64,000 nucleotides of DNA from Callorhinchus milii. Its lineage: Eukaryota. Under the pieces are notes generated by a model. That model worked only from the letters and a program-made list of their open reading frames with translations. It was not told where the DNA came from and ran no database searches. This document shows positions 24,406 through 36,280 of the stretch, one piece after another. The number at the start of each line of letters is the position of its first letter. The stretch's first letter is position 1. The stretch spans positions 8,992,001 through 9,056,000 of the forward strand of contig NW_024704743.1 of NCBI RefSeq assembly GCF_018977255.1. Reading direction: 5' to 3'. Position numbers and translations under genes: made by a program.

Positions 24406-25469
24406 CTTAACTCCCCCCACCCTCCACCCACCCCACCCACCCGGTCAGGATTGTGAGCTCACGTCCTGATGTAGACACTGAACCCCCACTTTCCAAACAA
24501 GATGCAAGTGGTACCAACTGAACTAAACTGACATCTATCCCAAGAATGTTAAACCTAAGTTTCGAGCCGCCAGGTTTACTTTGCCACGTTGTGCAGAGCC
24601 CCAAGCTGTCTTACATCCCAGCCAAATCCTTGACATCCAAGACAGTGATAGCTATTGTCCAGATAAACTGACACAGATTTGGATTTAGGGAATCCATAAC
24701 TTTAAAATCCATTTCCTTATCTTCCATCCAGACTATTAATGACCAATAAATAAAAGTCATAATTCTTTACAATATGGTTTATCTGATTTTTGTTTAGCCA
24801 AGTGTGGGACTACATCTGTTCATTTCAGTGAGAGGAATGGGATTAACACATGTGGTTACTAAACAACCACAGATCCATCTTATCTGCTGTAAAGTCATTT
24901 ATCTTGGCTATGTATGACTTTGGGGCTGATGTCAAACAATTCAGAGATGGATTAGTCAAAGACGCCAGTCATTAAGGCTCTTGAATATTTTACTGAGCGC
25001 AGTAGAATTTGCAGCTCTTGTTAATTCGTCGCTGTCAATTTTTTGTGTTGAAGGGAATTTTCAAAAGTAAGAAAGTGTCAAAACTTTACAGTTAGCTGCC
25101 CGGATTGCACAGTGAACTGGAGCAGAGAGGTAAAGCAATCACTTCTCAGTTAAGTAAACGCAAGGATAGCGATAGGATTGCAGCAGCAAATCAGATAACT
25201 CCTTCACCATGAAACCTAATTCAGTTCAAGCAAGAGCAGCAAGTATCAAGTATTTTCCCTCATGTTAAAGAGTTTTTGTTTGGAAGCCGGGCACATCTTT
25301 GCATAGCGGCCTGAGAACAGAAATCTTGTAAAAGGTTATTTTTTACCCCTGAATTCTCTCCCAGTGTAAATATGTAAACAATGCGTGGAAGAAGAAGGAA
25401 CAGAGAAATGATTTGAGATACTGTACAGTAATATTCCTAATATAGCTGGAGCATAAACAGACTTCGTTG

Positions 25470-25962
25470 GTGGTCTTGCTTCTTAGTCAAAAGGTTATGG
25501 GTTCAAGACTCATGGCAGGTTTATGAATTCATATTGTTCCAAGCTGTTGCATAGCTGCATTGTTGTAGATGCCGCTCTTCAGATGAAATGTAAGCCAATG
25601 TTTACTTAGTAAACTTAATAAAACTGTCTGTTCAGGTGGACGTCAATGATCCCATAGTATTATTCAAAAAGAAAAGACATTTTTNCCCAGTGGTCCTAGC
25701 CGAATTATAGTGGAGGATTGTTGGCCGGGATACTGGGAGAAACTCCCTTCTTTTTTTNGAACAGTGCCATGGGTTATTTAACGTTCCACTAAACAAGCAA
25801 ACAAGACCTCGGTTTCACTTCTCCAAGGAACATAGCACACCCCCAGCATTGCACTGGAGTGTCAGACCAGACTATATGAGTTCAAAGAATCAATGTGGGG
25901 TTTGGAACTCACAACCTTCTGATTCAGAGATGAGAGTACTACAACTGAACCAGGCTGACACT
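25470..25962. mobile_element. Two family B SINE 5' halves in inverted, convergent orientation
   Basis: + copy 25470-25700 (ggttatgggttcaag..gatcccatag) and - copy 25710-25962 (gccatggg..caggctgacac). Confidence 0.75.
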
Positions 25963-28470
25963 GTGTGAGGCTGACTAAATGCAACATTGTGCCAAATATT
26001 CCTAAAAAAAACTTAAATTGGAAGACGATTTAGCACAGCTCTCAGGCTTCCAGATAAAGACTGAATTTTGAGAATTTTCCAAAATTTTGGGGGATCTTAG
26101 ATTTTAAGACAATGACCTCAAAGCTAAGACCATGTAAATTATGGTCAGAGCTGTTTAAAGCAGGACTTCATGCAAAAGGTCCTGCTCTGGCACCAGCACT
26201 CCGAGACACGACCCTGGTGAAGAGCACAATATAAATACAAGTTGTTGTTGTATATGAGAGTATTTGATTAGTTCTTGGACAATGGGATCTGACAAGTGCC
26301 AAATCTGCACACATTGCTGATCGAGAAACGGTCTGGTGTTGCTTAGGCATTTTCCACCCATCCATGAGTGACGTACAAAGGCCTTCAGCTGCTGTGTTCA
26401 AGAAACAGGCATCAAGCCTTCTGAAAGAGGGGAGACAATAGGAAGCTGTACCCAATGAGAATCAATGAACTAGCCATAACAAGTTCAAACTGAGTAGTTA
26501 ATGATGCTGGGAGTCACGCAGTGGGGCAGAAGTACTTCTTCCAGTGCCAGGAAACAATTTGCTAGGACAACAGTGCTGTTAGACTACTAGGCTTGAAATT
26601 GCCCGGGTCAATTTTGTTGCCCTTTGTAAGTTATAAATGTACCTATATCCATGTACCTATAATGGGTACTTTCATAAATGTTCCTATTACCAGGGCCTGT
26701 TGATTCCTATGGTGCGTTTGTAAAGCAGGGAGCAAAGTTGCTTCACTTCCAGCAGTGAATGAATGTGGAGCAGAAGCTCGGATTATTACTGTTCACTCCA
26801 CATTGTTTTCAGCAATCCTGAAAAGAAAACTCACGTAAACTTGGCACGTGTACATACCATCCAAAATCAGGTGTTTGTTTTTAAATGCTATTAAAATGTT
26901 TAAATGTTATATTGCCCCATTCAGAACTTTGAATAAACCTTGGGGGAGCCAGTGAAGTACAGTTCTACTACGTAGGTGAAGATCACTTCATTCATAAAAT
27001 ATGTCAAACCAATAGTGAAAATACAGCACTAATGACAACAGCCGGTGCCTGGACAATTTTCTTCCAAGATTTATTTTTGCAGCCAAAGAAATATATTTCC
27101 GTCTTTCAGATAAGACACTAAACTGAGGCCCCCATCTGCCTGTTTAGGTTAATTTTGAAGATCTTTGAAAGAGAAGGGAGATTCTCCTAGTGTCCTGGTC
27201 AACAATCACTTTGATTTCAAAATCCATGAGGATAATGGGTGGTCTGTAGAAAATGGACAACAAAATAATGTTATCCGTTTCAGTGAATCTTTTCAGAAAA
27301 TATTTATTTCATATTGACCTTCTTTACGTTTTTTTATCCTTGAGACTTCTAATGTTTCTTTTGTAATATGCCATGATTTTGAAAGAACATTTGGTTTAAC
27401 CTTAGCATCTTCAACTATATTCGTGCCAAGGATCCTATTTGCATCTCTAATATCCCTTTTATCCTCTTTCAACAAATCATTCTTCTCCTCCCAGAGTTCT
27501 CTCTCTCTGTTTCCCCTGTAGGCTTTGCATAATTTATCTTGTTCCCATTTTAATTGACCGATTCATCCAGTTTGGAGATTGTTTGTTTTGGTTTATACTT
27601 ATTCTTGGGCAATATTCATATATAAGTATATATATAGAAATTTTATGCTAGAAAGAGGTCATTTGGCCCATCAAATCTGTGTCAGTTCTCCTCCATCTCC
27701 TTTTATTATTAATCACGCTTTTCAGTTCTTTTCCCTCATCTCTTAATGTTTTTCCTGCTAAGGTAATGATATAAATTGGTCATTCACCTCATGGCTATTT
27801 GTGAGTAATGCACAGTCACTGCACATTACAGTAAAATCCTGTGAAGTGCCATGAAACAATTCGGTTTGAACGGATTAGGTAGGAGACCTGTTTGTTGAAC
27901 AGAGGGAGTGGCCGGGGAGTTAGGCTTGCAGGAGGTCACAGAGGTAGGAATAGTCTAGAGCATGTCTGTCCAATACATTTTCCTCATGTGGCGAATTTGG
28001 AATCTTGATGTGGAAATGAGTGATAGACACTGTCAGTGGGCACATGATTTCAATACTCATATTGGCACAACTTATGTGTGTGTACTTCAACCATTTTGTG
28101 CATTTGTTAGTAAAATGGTAAGACAAAAAGCAGAGTGTGTGCTTTACTTCCTTGGTTACTAATTATTGGTTATCTGCTAAAATGGTGTGTAGCAACAGGT
28201 GACAATGCTGGATTTCAGCACCATGGAAACATCAGCTATATTGTATGGTGAGTCAACTTGTATTACCAAGAGAGTAATCTTGGTCAACTCAACCAAGCAA
28301 GCCCAACCAACAACGAGCAGCTCCAACAGGGCACGTCATGGCAAAGGGCAAGCAGGAACCAACAGAGTCTGGATAGAGAGCAGAGACAGGTCTGGCAGGG
28401 CTCGTGAAAGAAAAATAAAGAGAAGAGTGCAAGGTTTCACATTGAATGGTGGTAGATGTTTGTTGAGTAA

Positions 28471-28730
28471 CTATAATAATAATAATCTTTGCATTTGATA
28501 TAGCACCTTATTAAGTTGTTGAGACACCTCGAAGCGCTTCACAGAATATATTGTAAAGTGGATTGATTGCGTAATTTGTGGACGAAACGCAGCAGCCAAT
28601 TGTGCACAGCATTGTCCCACAAACAGTCGTGGATTGAATAAACATATTTTTGGGGGGAGGGATTATCACTCCTGGAAAACAATCCACGAATCGATTAACA
28701 ACTAGATTCCTATTTACTGCTAGGTACATG
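28471..28730 (-). mobile_element. SINE family A, headless
   Basis: (AAT)n tail, cccacaaacagtcgtggattga, ..ttactgctaggta. Confidence 0.85.
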
Positions 28731-29659
28731 TAAACATACACATGAAGCACATTTACCTGTGTATGTAAGGCGCTTTCTACTAAAATTAGTGCATGTGGCT
28801 AAAATGGGACTCTGCGTATGGTGTCCCCGTACATCTGTGGCTGGTCAGTGAATTCTATTGGACAGCACTGGTCTCGAGGAACCCTGATAGAACCAGCAGG
28901 AGCTCAATGAGCAGCGAAAAACATTGCATTTTTTTTCTAACCAAACCTCTTTTTGTTACACGATAAAGGAGATTAAATTCTGCAGAAAATCTAGCAAGAT
29001 GAATGATCCTTCGACAGTGTCACCCTAACACAATATGCACATTTACCCGAAATGTGAATGAGCTGAATCTTAATACTGACATTTGTACAGACATGCTATT
29101 TCCAATAAAGGCAGCTTTAAAAGAGCTCATTAAAACACAGACACACAGGGTGGTTTCTCTCCTCTCTTGCGACAATAAGCATCACACAATTGCGGAGCAT
29201 CACTCTTGCACCAGGGGAAACACAGACACAACTGAAGGCTGCAAGTGCAAAGGAAACGGGGTCAGAAGGGATTTCAGCGCATCCTCAACTCGTGTAAATT
29301 AGATTTTGCAAGTCAGGCCCGCTGGATCACTTTTAATTGTTAAAATAACAGTGGTAGTTATAGCAGGTGGGAAGTGTAATAATAACAACAATCTTTGCAT
29401 TTGACATATAGAAGGAAAAAGGCACAAAGGGCTTCACAGGATTCAAAGTGCAGCTAATGTGTATTTTATAGGCAAACACAGCAGCCAATTTGTACACAGT
29501 GGTGTCCCACAAACAGCCACAAAGTATTTACAATAATGTATTTAACAGAAAGGTTGATGCCTACATGAGAGGGAAGGCAATAGGAGGATGTAGGAGAAGG
29601 GAACAGGAGGGTTGGGTCAAATGGCCTATTTCTGTTCTACATTACTCTATGTAACTCTA

Positions 29660-29937
29660 TGGAAGTGAATGACTCCATTTTTCTGTGGGATTCTTGGCCA
29701 GGATACCAGGAGAAATTCTCTTTTCAAGTAGTCCCAATGTATCCACCGAAACAGACACAGACGGAACCTCGATTTAATGACTGATCCAGAGGATGTCACC
29801 TCTGACAATGCAGTGCTCCCCAACACTGTATTGGAGTACCAGCTGAGGCTGTGAGCTCCACGTCCCAACATGGGGGTTGAACCCACAACTTTCTGACTCA
29901 GAGGTGAGAGTGCTGCTGACTGAGCCAGGCTGACACC
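29660..29937 (-). mobile_element. Family B Deu SINE 5' half
   Basis: Ends tgactcagaggtgagagtgctg..tgagccaggctgacac; Deu core present. Confidence 0.8.
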
Positions 29938-30726
29938 CAAAAAACTAAACACTTCTTGTTTTGTTATATTTCCTGTTGGGGCGGGTTGGGTGGGGGCGAG
30001 GGGAGTATAAATAACATATGTTCAAAGTATCAGCTATCAGCTGAGTCAATTTAGTAATAATACTGAAGAGGAAGAGGAAAAGTGGATGGGAAATGGGAAT
30101 TGAGCAGATAGCTCCAGTGGGGGATAGCTTTCACCGCGTCCTGTCCTGTGAACTTTTAGTGATTCTTTGAAATCAGTTGAAATGGCAGTAACAAGAACAT
30201 TTGTCTATAAATTCACAGTCACTGCACTTCACAATAAAATCTGTGAAGTTCTTTGAGATGTCTTGATGAGTGATAAGGCGCTACATCAAATGCAAGGATT
30301 ATCATTATTGGTTGAAGAAACACTAATTTCTCTTCCTTCCAAGCTGGTTCAAAACTGCATTAGAAAGTAATCTAAAAAAATGATTGACAAAGGAGATGTC
30401 ACCTGTCATATTTTCAGGCAAGCTGGATAATTATTTTGTTCATTATTCATGAAAACAATATCTGGGTTCAAAAAAATATTGACTGGCAAAATAAAAGAAG
30501 CAATTTGATTTTGTTGTGAGCTTTGATTTTGTTCCCAATTGTAAGGAACAAAGAACTTGTCTCAAAAAAAATAATGGTTATTTCTTGAAACAAAGTACAA
30601 TTCATTCCTTTTGCTTTGAGTGTTGCAAAACTGATTATTTCATTGACAGGAAAGTGTCTAGTGTGTGGCATGAGGCTAGAACTGAACGAGCAGCTGAGGA
30701 TAGCACCTTCATTGCCGAAGGCAGAG

Positions 30727-31038
30727 CAGGGTGAAACCTCAGGCAAGTTTCCTTACTCCATATGTTTCTGTTTACCCAGCAATAAGTAGGAACCCGGTCG
30801 TTAGTCGATTGGCGGATCGCTTTTCCGGGAATATTAATTCCTTCAAGAAATTTAAAAAAATAAAAATTTGGTCATTCAATCCACGACTGTTTGTGGGACA
30901 CTGCTGTGCGCAATTGGCTGCTGTGTTTCACCCACGAAGTATACAGTGAATTCACTTTATAGTATATTCTGTGAAGCGCTTTGAGATGTCTTGAAGGTGT
31001 GATAAGGCGCTATATCAAATGCAAGAATTATTATTATT
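30727..31038 (+). mobile_element. SINE family A lacking the tRNA head
   Basis: ggcaagtttccttactcc..gattggcggatcgc..aatccacgactgtttgtgggaca..(ATT)n. Confidence 0.88.
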
Positions 31039-31279
31039 CAATGTGGGGCATACTGGGAACAGTGAGGCAATGTTTCTGACTGACTGTGTGGCGTGTGTAG
31101 GCACCGATAACTAACTCAGAGGAAGTCCCACGCATGTATTAATGCCATTAAATATTGGAATCATTCAATTTTATGCTTTGAATTGAATTTTTTTTCTTAT
31201 GGATTTATAAGGTTGACAGATGTAGAAGGTGGAACATGAAATCACAGGCATCAGATTGCAGGAACCAGCAAAATCTTTT

Positions 31280-31770
31280 ACCATCCAGAACTCTGCAGGC
31301 CACGTCTCTACCACACCACACTGTGCGAGCCTATCACTGCCCCATCCTTGCTTGGTTACCCATCCCCCAGCAGATTAAAATCAAGACCTTGTTTTCATGT
31401 TCAAATCACTTTGTGGCCTCCTACTAGCCTCCCCTTGTGACCTCCTACTACCCACCTGACCCAGCCGCACTCTCTGCCGGGGCTTGTTTCTTACCCCTCA
31501 TCCACTATTAATAATAATAATAATAATGGATGAGCTTTCAGCCATTCTGCCCTGACTCCCTGGTCCTCCATCCAGAGTCCCTCCATCTCACCTCTCTCCC
31601 TTTTCTATCTTTAAAAGCCTACCTTCAGCCTGTCTTTTTGACCGTGCTGTCAGGCATCTCTCCTCTTCACAATCATAATTAGCTTTTCCCCCAGCTCAGT
31701 TGCCCAGTCAGATGTGTGAATCACTTTACGACATCTTCCAAAAGTATATAAACGTAAATTGTTGTTGTAC
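31280..31770 (+). mobile_element. Highly decayed L2 3' fragment
   Basis: atccagaactctgca, PILAWLPIPQQI, ttgttgttg end. Confidence 0.65.
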
Positions 31771-31799
31771 CTCATCCTTCAGATTTGGGTTTCAGTGTC

Positions 31800-32295
31800 T
31801 AAATTCTACTGTGGCTAATAACTGGCAAATGAAGTTTAATACAAATAGATGCAAGATATTATATATGGCATCCAAGAACAGGAAACACAAGTACACAAGG
31901 TCAGACCACATCTTGAGTAACTGCATGCAGTTCTGATCACTGTGACATATGCTTTGCATGAATGAGCTATGAGCAAAGACGAGAATTTTTGGGCTCTCCA
32001 GTCTTTAGAGACGATAACTCAGAGGAGACCTCATAGAGGTGTATAACATTTTAAATGGGATTGAAAAAGTAAACCCAGATGAATACCTTAGAATGCACCA
32101 AGACAGTGAAGCAAGAAAACATGTTTAGAGTTGTAAAGGGCAATTTCAGGACAGGTTATCAAGAAAAGTGGTAGAGGCCAGGAGACTAGATTCATTTAAA
32201 AAGCAGCTTGATGCAGTGATGGGGGATGGTAGGTTATCTGTTCTGGAGGGACGAGATCGGACCTTTTTCCAAACCGATTGATTTTATGATCTTTA
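31800..32295 (+). mobile_element. Decayed CR1 ORF2/3' fragment
   Basis: WQMKFNTNRCKILY, RGDLIEVY.IL.G, FKKQLD motifs. Confidence 0.75.
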
Positions 32296-33619
32296 ATTTA
32301 GCCTCATCACTTTTATTGACTCTATACCGCAGCTTCCTGGGGATCTGAAATTCACTTTCCTAGTATTTCTTTCCTATTGGACCTGTTGGTACAGTTTTTA
32401 ACCCAAATAGTTATTCACTTACATCATGCCCTAAACCAGATGGGCCACGTTGGGCTTCTTCATCCAAATCAATTGTGGTGCTATAACTGAAGATGGAAAT
32501 CGAATTTTGTTTAACCACGTTTGTGAGCTGGGAACTTTTTCTTCAAAACATGGCGGAATTGATAACTGGACAAATTACCCATGGGCTGGGCCAAGGCCAG
32601 AATGGGTTTGCTGAGCTAAATGGCCTTTCATTACTCCATGTATGTTCATGCATCTGGGGAATACATCCTTGGAACATCTGGATTCTGAAGAGTGCACCTC
32701 CTCTGAGACCACAAGCTGACCATTCACGATATTTAGGCCTAATTGTTTTCAACCCAAGTCACCTTCATTTGCAATCAGTTTAAACAAACGTTAAGATTGG
32801 GCAGGAATGGTTAGATGGAGATGCTGGCGTTTGCAGCACAAATAACATTTCTACAACAAAAGACCTTTGCCAGGCAAGGATTAACCAATCATATACTCTT
32901 GTGCTTGTTTGCCTTGTCTGTTGCCAACAGCAACCAGAGTGCTTATGGTTCATTTTCAGATGCAAGGACTCACTCAGTCAGACTCGGAAATTTATGCATT
33001 GAAAATGTTCCCTCAAATTTCAGAAAACATTTATGACAGGAATGACAGCTTTTCAATGTTAATTAGCCGTGTAGTAAATGTGGGAAATGCTAAATAGTTT
33101 ATTCACGGGTTAGAATGTCCTTGTTTTACTGTCGTCTCTAATTAAGAATCTTTTCAATCTAATAATGAAACTATGAACGGAAATAGCTTTGGAGGCAAAT
33201 TATTTCCTGATTCATTGGGAATAAATTAATGAGGTGCATTTTGTCACACAGTCAATCACAAAACATTGTGATACCACAGAACCATCACAGTGAAACCCTC
33301 ATTCACAGGATTTTAGGAGTCTTGTTTGTATGGGCAACTTGGATCTGATTAGTAGTCAATTAATAATAGCAACCTTCCTAAAATATTGACTGTATCTTCC
33401 GAATTTCATAAAGATGGAATTAATAAGGTCTAATCTCTGGTATTTCTTAAAACCATTGCTTAATATACAATCTGAACAGAGATTGCTTCTGTGACTGTAA
33501 ATACAGCACGTTGACCCATGAGATCTCATCTCTGACACAATCAGCCTCCAGAAGGGATTCTTCTCCAGAGGGGATGGGAAATCTCATGGGATTCCTTCTC
33601 CAGGAATCCACTAGAGAAA

Positions 33620-34030
33620 TGTCACAGCCTGGCTCAGTTGGTAGCATTTTCGTCTCTGGGCCAGAGGTTATGGGTTCAAGTTCAGGGACTTTGAGTCGTA
33701 AACTGGGTCAAGGTTGACGATCCAGACTAGGGGAGCATTGCACTGTCAAAAGTGCTGTTCTTCAGACAAGATGTTAAACCGAGGTGCCAGCTGCCTGCTC
33801 AGGTGGATATTAAAGAACCCAAAGAGTACTGTTTGAAAAGAAAACAGACTTTCTCCCTGTATCCTGGCCAACACTTCCCCAATTAAATTAGTTATTTACC
33901 TCCTGGCTGTTTATGGGACACAACTGTGTGCAAATTGGCTGCCGCATTTGCATAAATATATATAGTAACTACAGTGAAGTGTTTTGATGTAATAAGATGC
34001 AATATCAAATGCAAGGATTACTATTATAAT
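33620..34030 (+). mobile_element. Family B Deu SINE, near full length
   Basis: gcctggctcagttggtagca A box, gggttcaag B box, gatgttaaaccgagg Deu core, tail. Confidence 0.85.
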
Positions 34031-34204
34031 ATAAATTGGATTGCATAGTGTTTAGTTCCAGGGCAAAGTAGTTTTAAATACCCTAATTTTCCAACATAAA
34101 GCATTCTAATCGTAGCTCAGGGTTTTTATGCTTCTGTTCTTTGAGACACAGAGATAGAATGACAATTCCTTTTACAGAGTGTTTTCCCTCAGTTAAGTTC
34201 CAGG

Positions 34205-34960
34205 AGGAAAGGCGCTGTTTTCCCATCGGTCACTGAAGTTTGAATCCAGCACACACTGATCATAATATAAATATAATAATAAGCCTTTCAGTTATATAGC
34301 ACATTTCACGTCAGAAAGATGTCTCAAAGTGCTTGATACTGCTGGTTGGGCATCCGAGCTAGGGGTGGGAGCTGAAGGGGGTGGGGAGGGGAAAGATGAC
34401 CAAAAGCAATAACAACAACAACAACAACTTGCATTTATATAGCACCCTTCACATGGAGCAGTGTCTCGGAGCGCTTGTTTTTTGCCATCTGTGCTCGAGC
34501 GTCCGGATTTGGGAAAGCAGGGTCAAAGAGGTACATCTTGAGACGGGCTTTGAAAGAGGGGAGGGAAGTAATGCCTTTCATGTCAGGAGGATGTTTTAAA
34601 GTGCTTCACAGGATTTACTATAAAGTGTGGTGACAGTATTTTGTAGGTGAAAAGTTTCCTTTATAAAATGCTGATGTGAAATTAATTTGAATAGTCTCAA
34701 TCTAGGACCTAATGGGTACAAAGCCAAAGCATTACACAACAATTTGACACTAATTCTCAATTTCACTCAGAGGGAGTGCAGGAAATGGAAATATCCCAGG
34801 GAAAAGGAGTCCCCATGAGGCTTGGGCCGAATCACAAGAAGTGTCTAAGGACAGAGAACAGGTGGTTTTGCTCTGCCTGAATTTGGCACACACCTGCCAT
34901 GGCAATGGTCGATACTGAGATTGAGTGCCTGAAAATGAGAAAGTTGCATTTTCTGGCAAT
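34205..34960 (+). mobile_element. LF-SINE-like element interrupted by L2/SINE tail insertions (about 34262-34650)
   Basis: Head ..tttgaatccagcacacactgat; body atgtgaaattaatttgaatagtctcaatctaggacctaatggg..aatttgacactaatt resembles the recalled LF-SINE body. Confidence 0.45.
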
Positions 34961-35929
34961 TTAGGAGGAAACAAAATTTACATAAAATAGTGTTCACCGC
35001 CAGATGGAAAGGTAGAAGCAAGTGAGTAGAACAAGTTATATTTACATTTTAATATGGTTCCTGATGAAAGACACACGTTTTGATTATAGACTCTTACAAA
35101 ATCCATGGCTTAATGTATTTTAAGTTGATTTAATGTATTTTAGCTACTGTCCATATTAGAAATACCTTCCCACAGTCCAAGCTTTCTTTCATGTAAGTTA
35201 TTAAAACTATTCATATTTTTTTTTCTTTTTCACAATGATCATTTTTACTTATACAATGCATCTGCCAACTGGAGTGGATTTCCTTTTCTCTAACAGATTG
35301 TATATCTTTCTGGGATTTAAGCCACTGCAACTCCTCTTGCACAATTACTCAACTTCCGCATTGATCACTTTAGATCTCATTGTGGCTCAATTGGAAGTAT
35401 TTTTATCTCTGAGTCAGAAGTTATGGGTTCAAGCCCCACATCGGGACTTGGAACTCATATACTCTAGGACAATGGCTGCCAACCTTTATGGTCGGCCAAC
35501 AAAATAAATTTTCTTGATTGAATATTTCTTAATTTATGCCTTAAATGATGTTAAAGATCTCGTGGCACTATTCAAAAAGAAAGGGAATTTCTTCCAGTTT
35601 CCTGGCCACCCAGGCTGCAAACCTGTACAGTCCAGTCTGTCAGGATGCCCTCCCAATGTGAACAACACTATATAAATGAAAAATTTGCATTGTATTATAA
35701 ATATCCCCCAAATAAAATTGGTCACTCATTTCATGGTTGTTTCTGGGACTTTGGTGTGCTCAAAGTGGCTGACATGTTTGCCTTCAAATATAGTCACTAC
35801 GCTTCACAGTAAAATTCTGTGAAGTGCCTTGAGATTCGATAATTCCTTTGGCATCTTACTGTGCACAAAATGGCTGCCACATTTGGCTGCTAACACAGTC
35901 GTAACACTGTGTTGTAATAATCGTTGTAA

Positions 35930-36280
35930 TAATAATAATACTTACATTTGATATAGTGCCTTATCACATCTTCGAGATGTCTCAAAGCGTTTCACAGAAT
36001 ATACTGTAAAGTGAATTGATTGTATATTTTATGGGCAAAACGTGGCAGGCAATTGTACAATGCAGTGTCCCACAAACAGTTGTGGATTGAAATGACCAAC
36101 TTATTATTTTTTTTGAAGGAATTATTACCCCCGGAAAAGCAATCCGCCAATCAACTAACAACCGGGTTTGTACTTAAACTGTATACAGAAGTGTGTGGAG
36201 TAAGGAAACATTTCGCCCTGCTGGGAATCGAACACAGATCTCTCACTTGTGAGGGGAGTGCTCTAACCACTGAACTACAA
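35930..36280 (-). mobile_element. SINE family A, near full length
   Basis: Tail, body and ..ctctaaccactgaactaca head. Confidence 0.88.

Noticed and set aside
9464..25758. Single n bases at 9464, 25685 and 25758
   Set aside because: All sit at homopolymer ends and look like sequencing ambiguity.
28190..28470. Possible solo LTR
   Set aside because: No clear TG..CA boundaries, TSD or second copy in the window.
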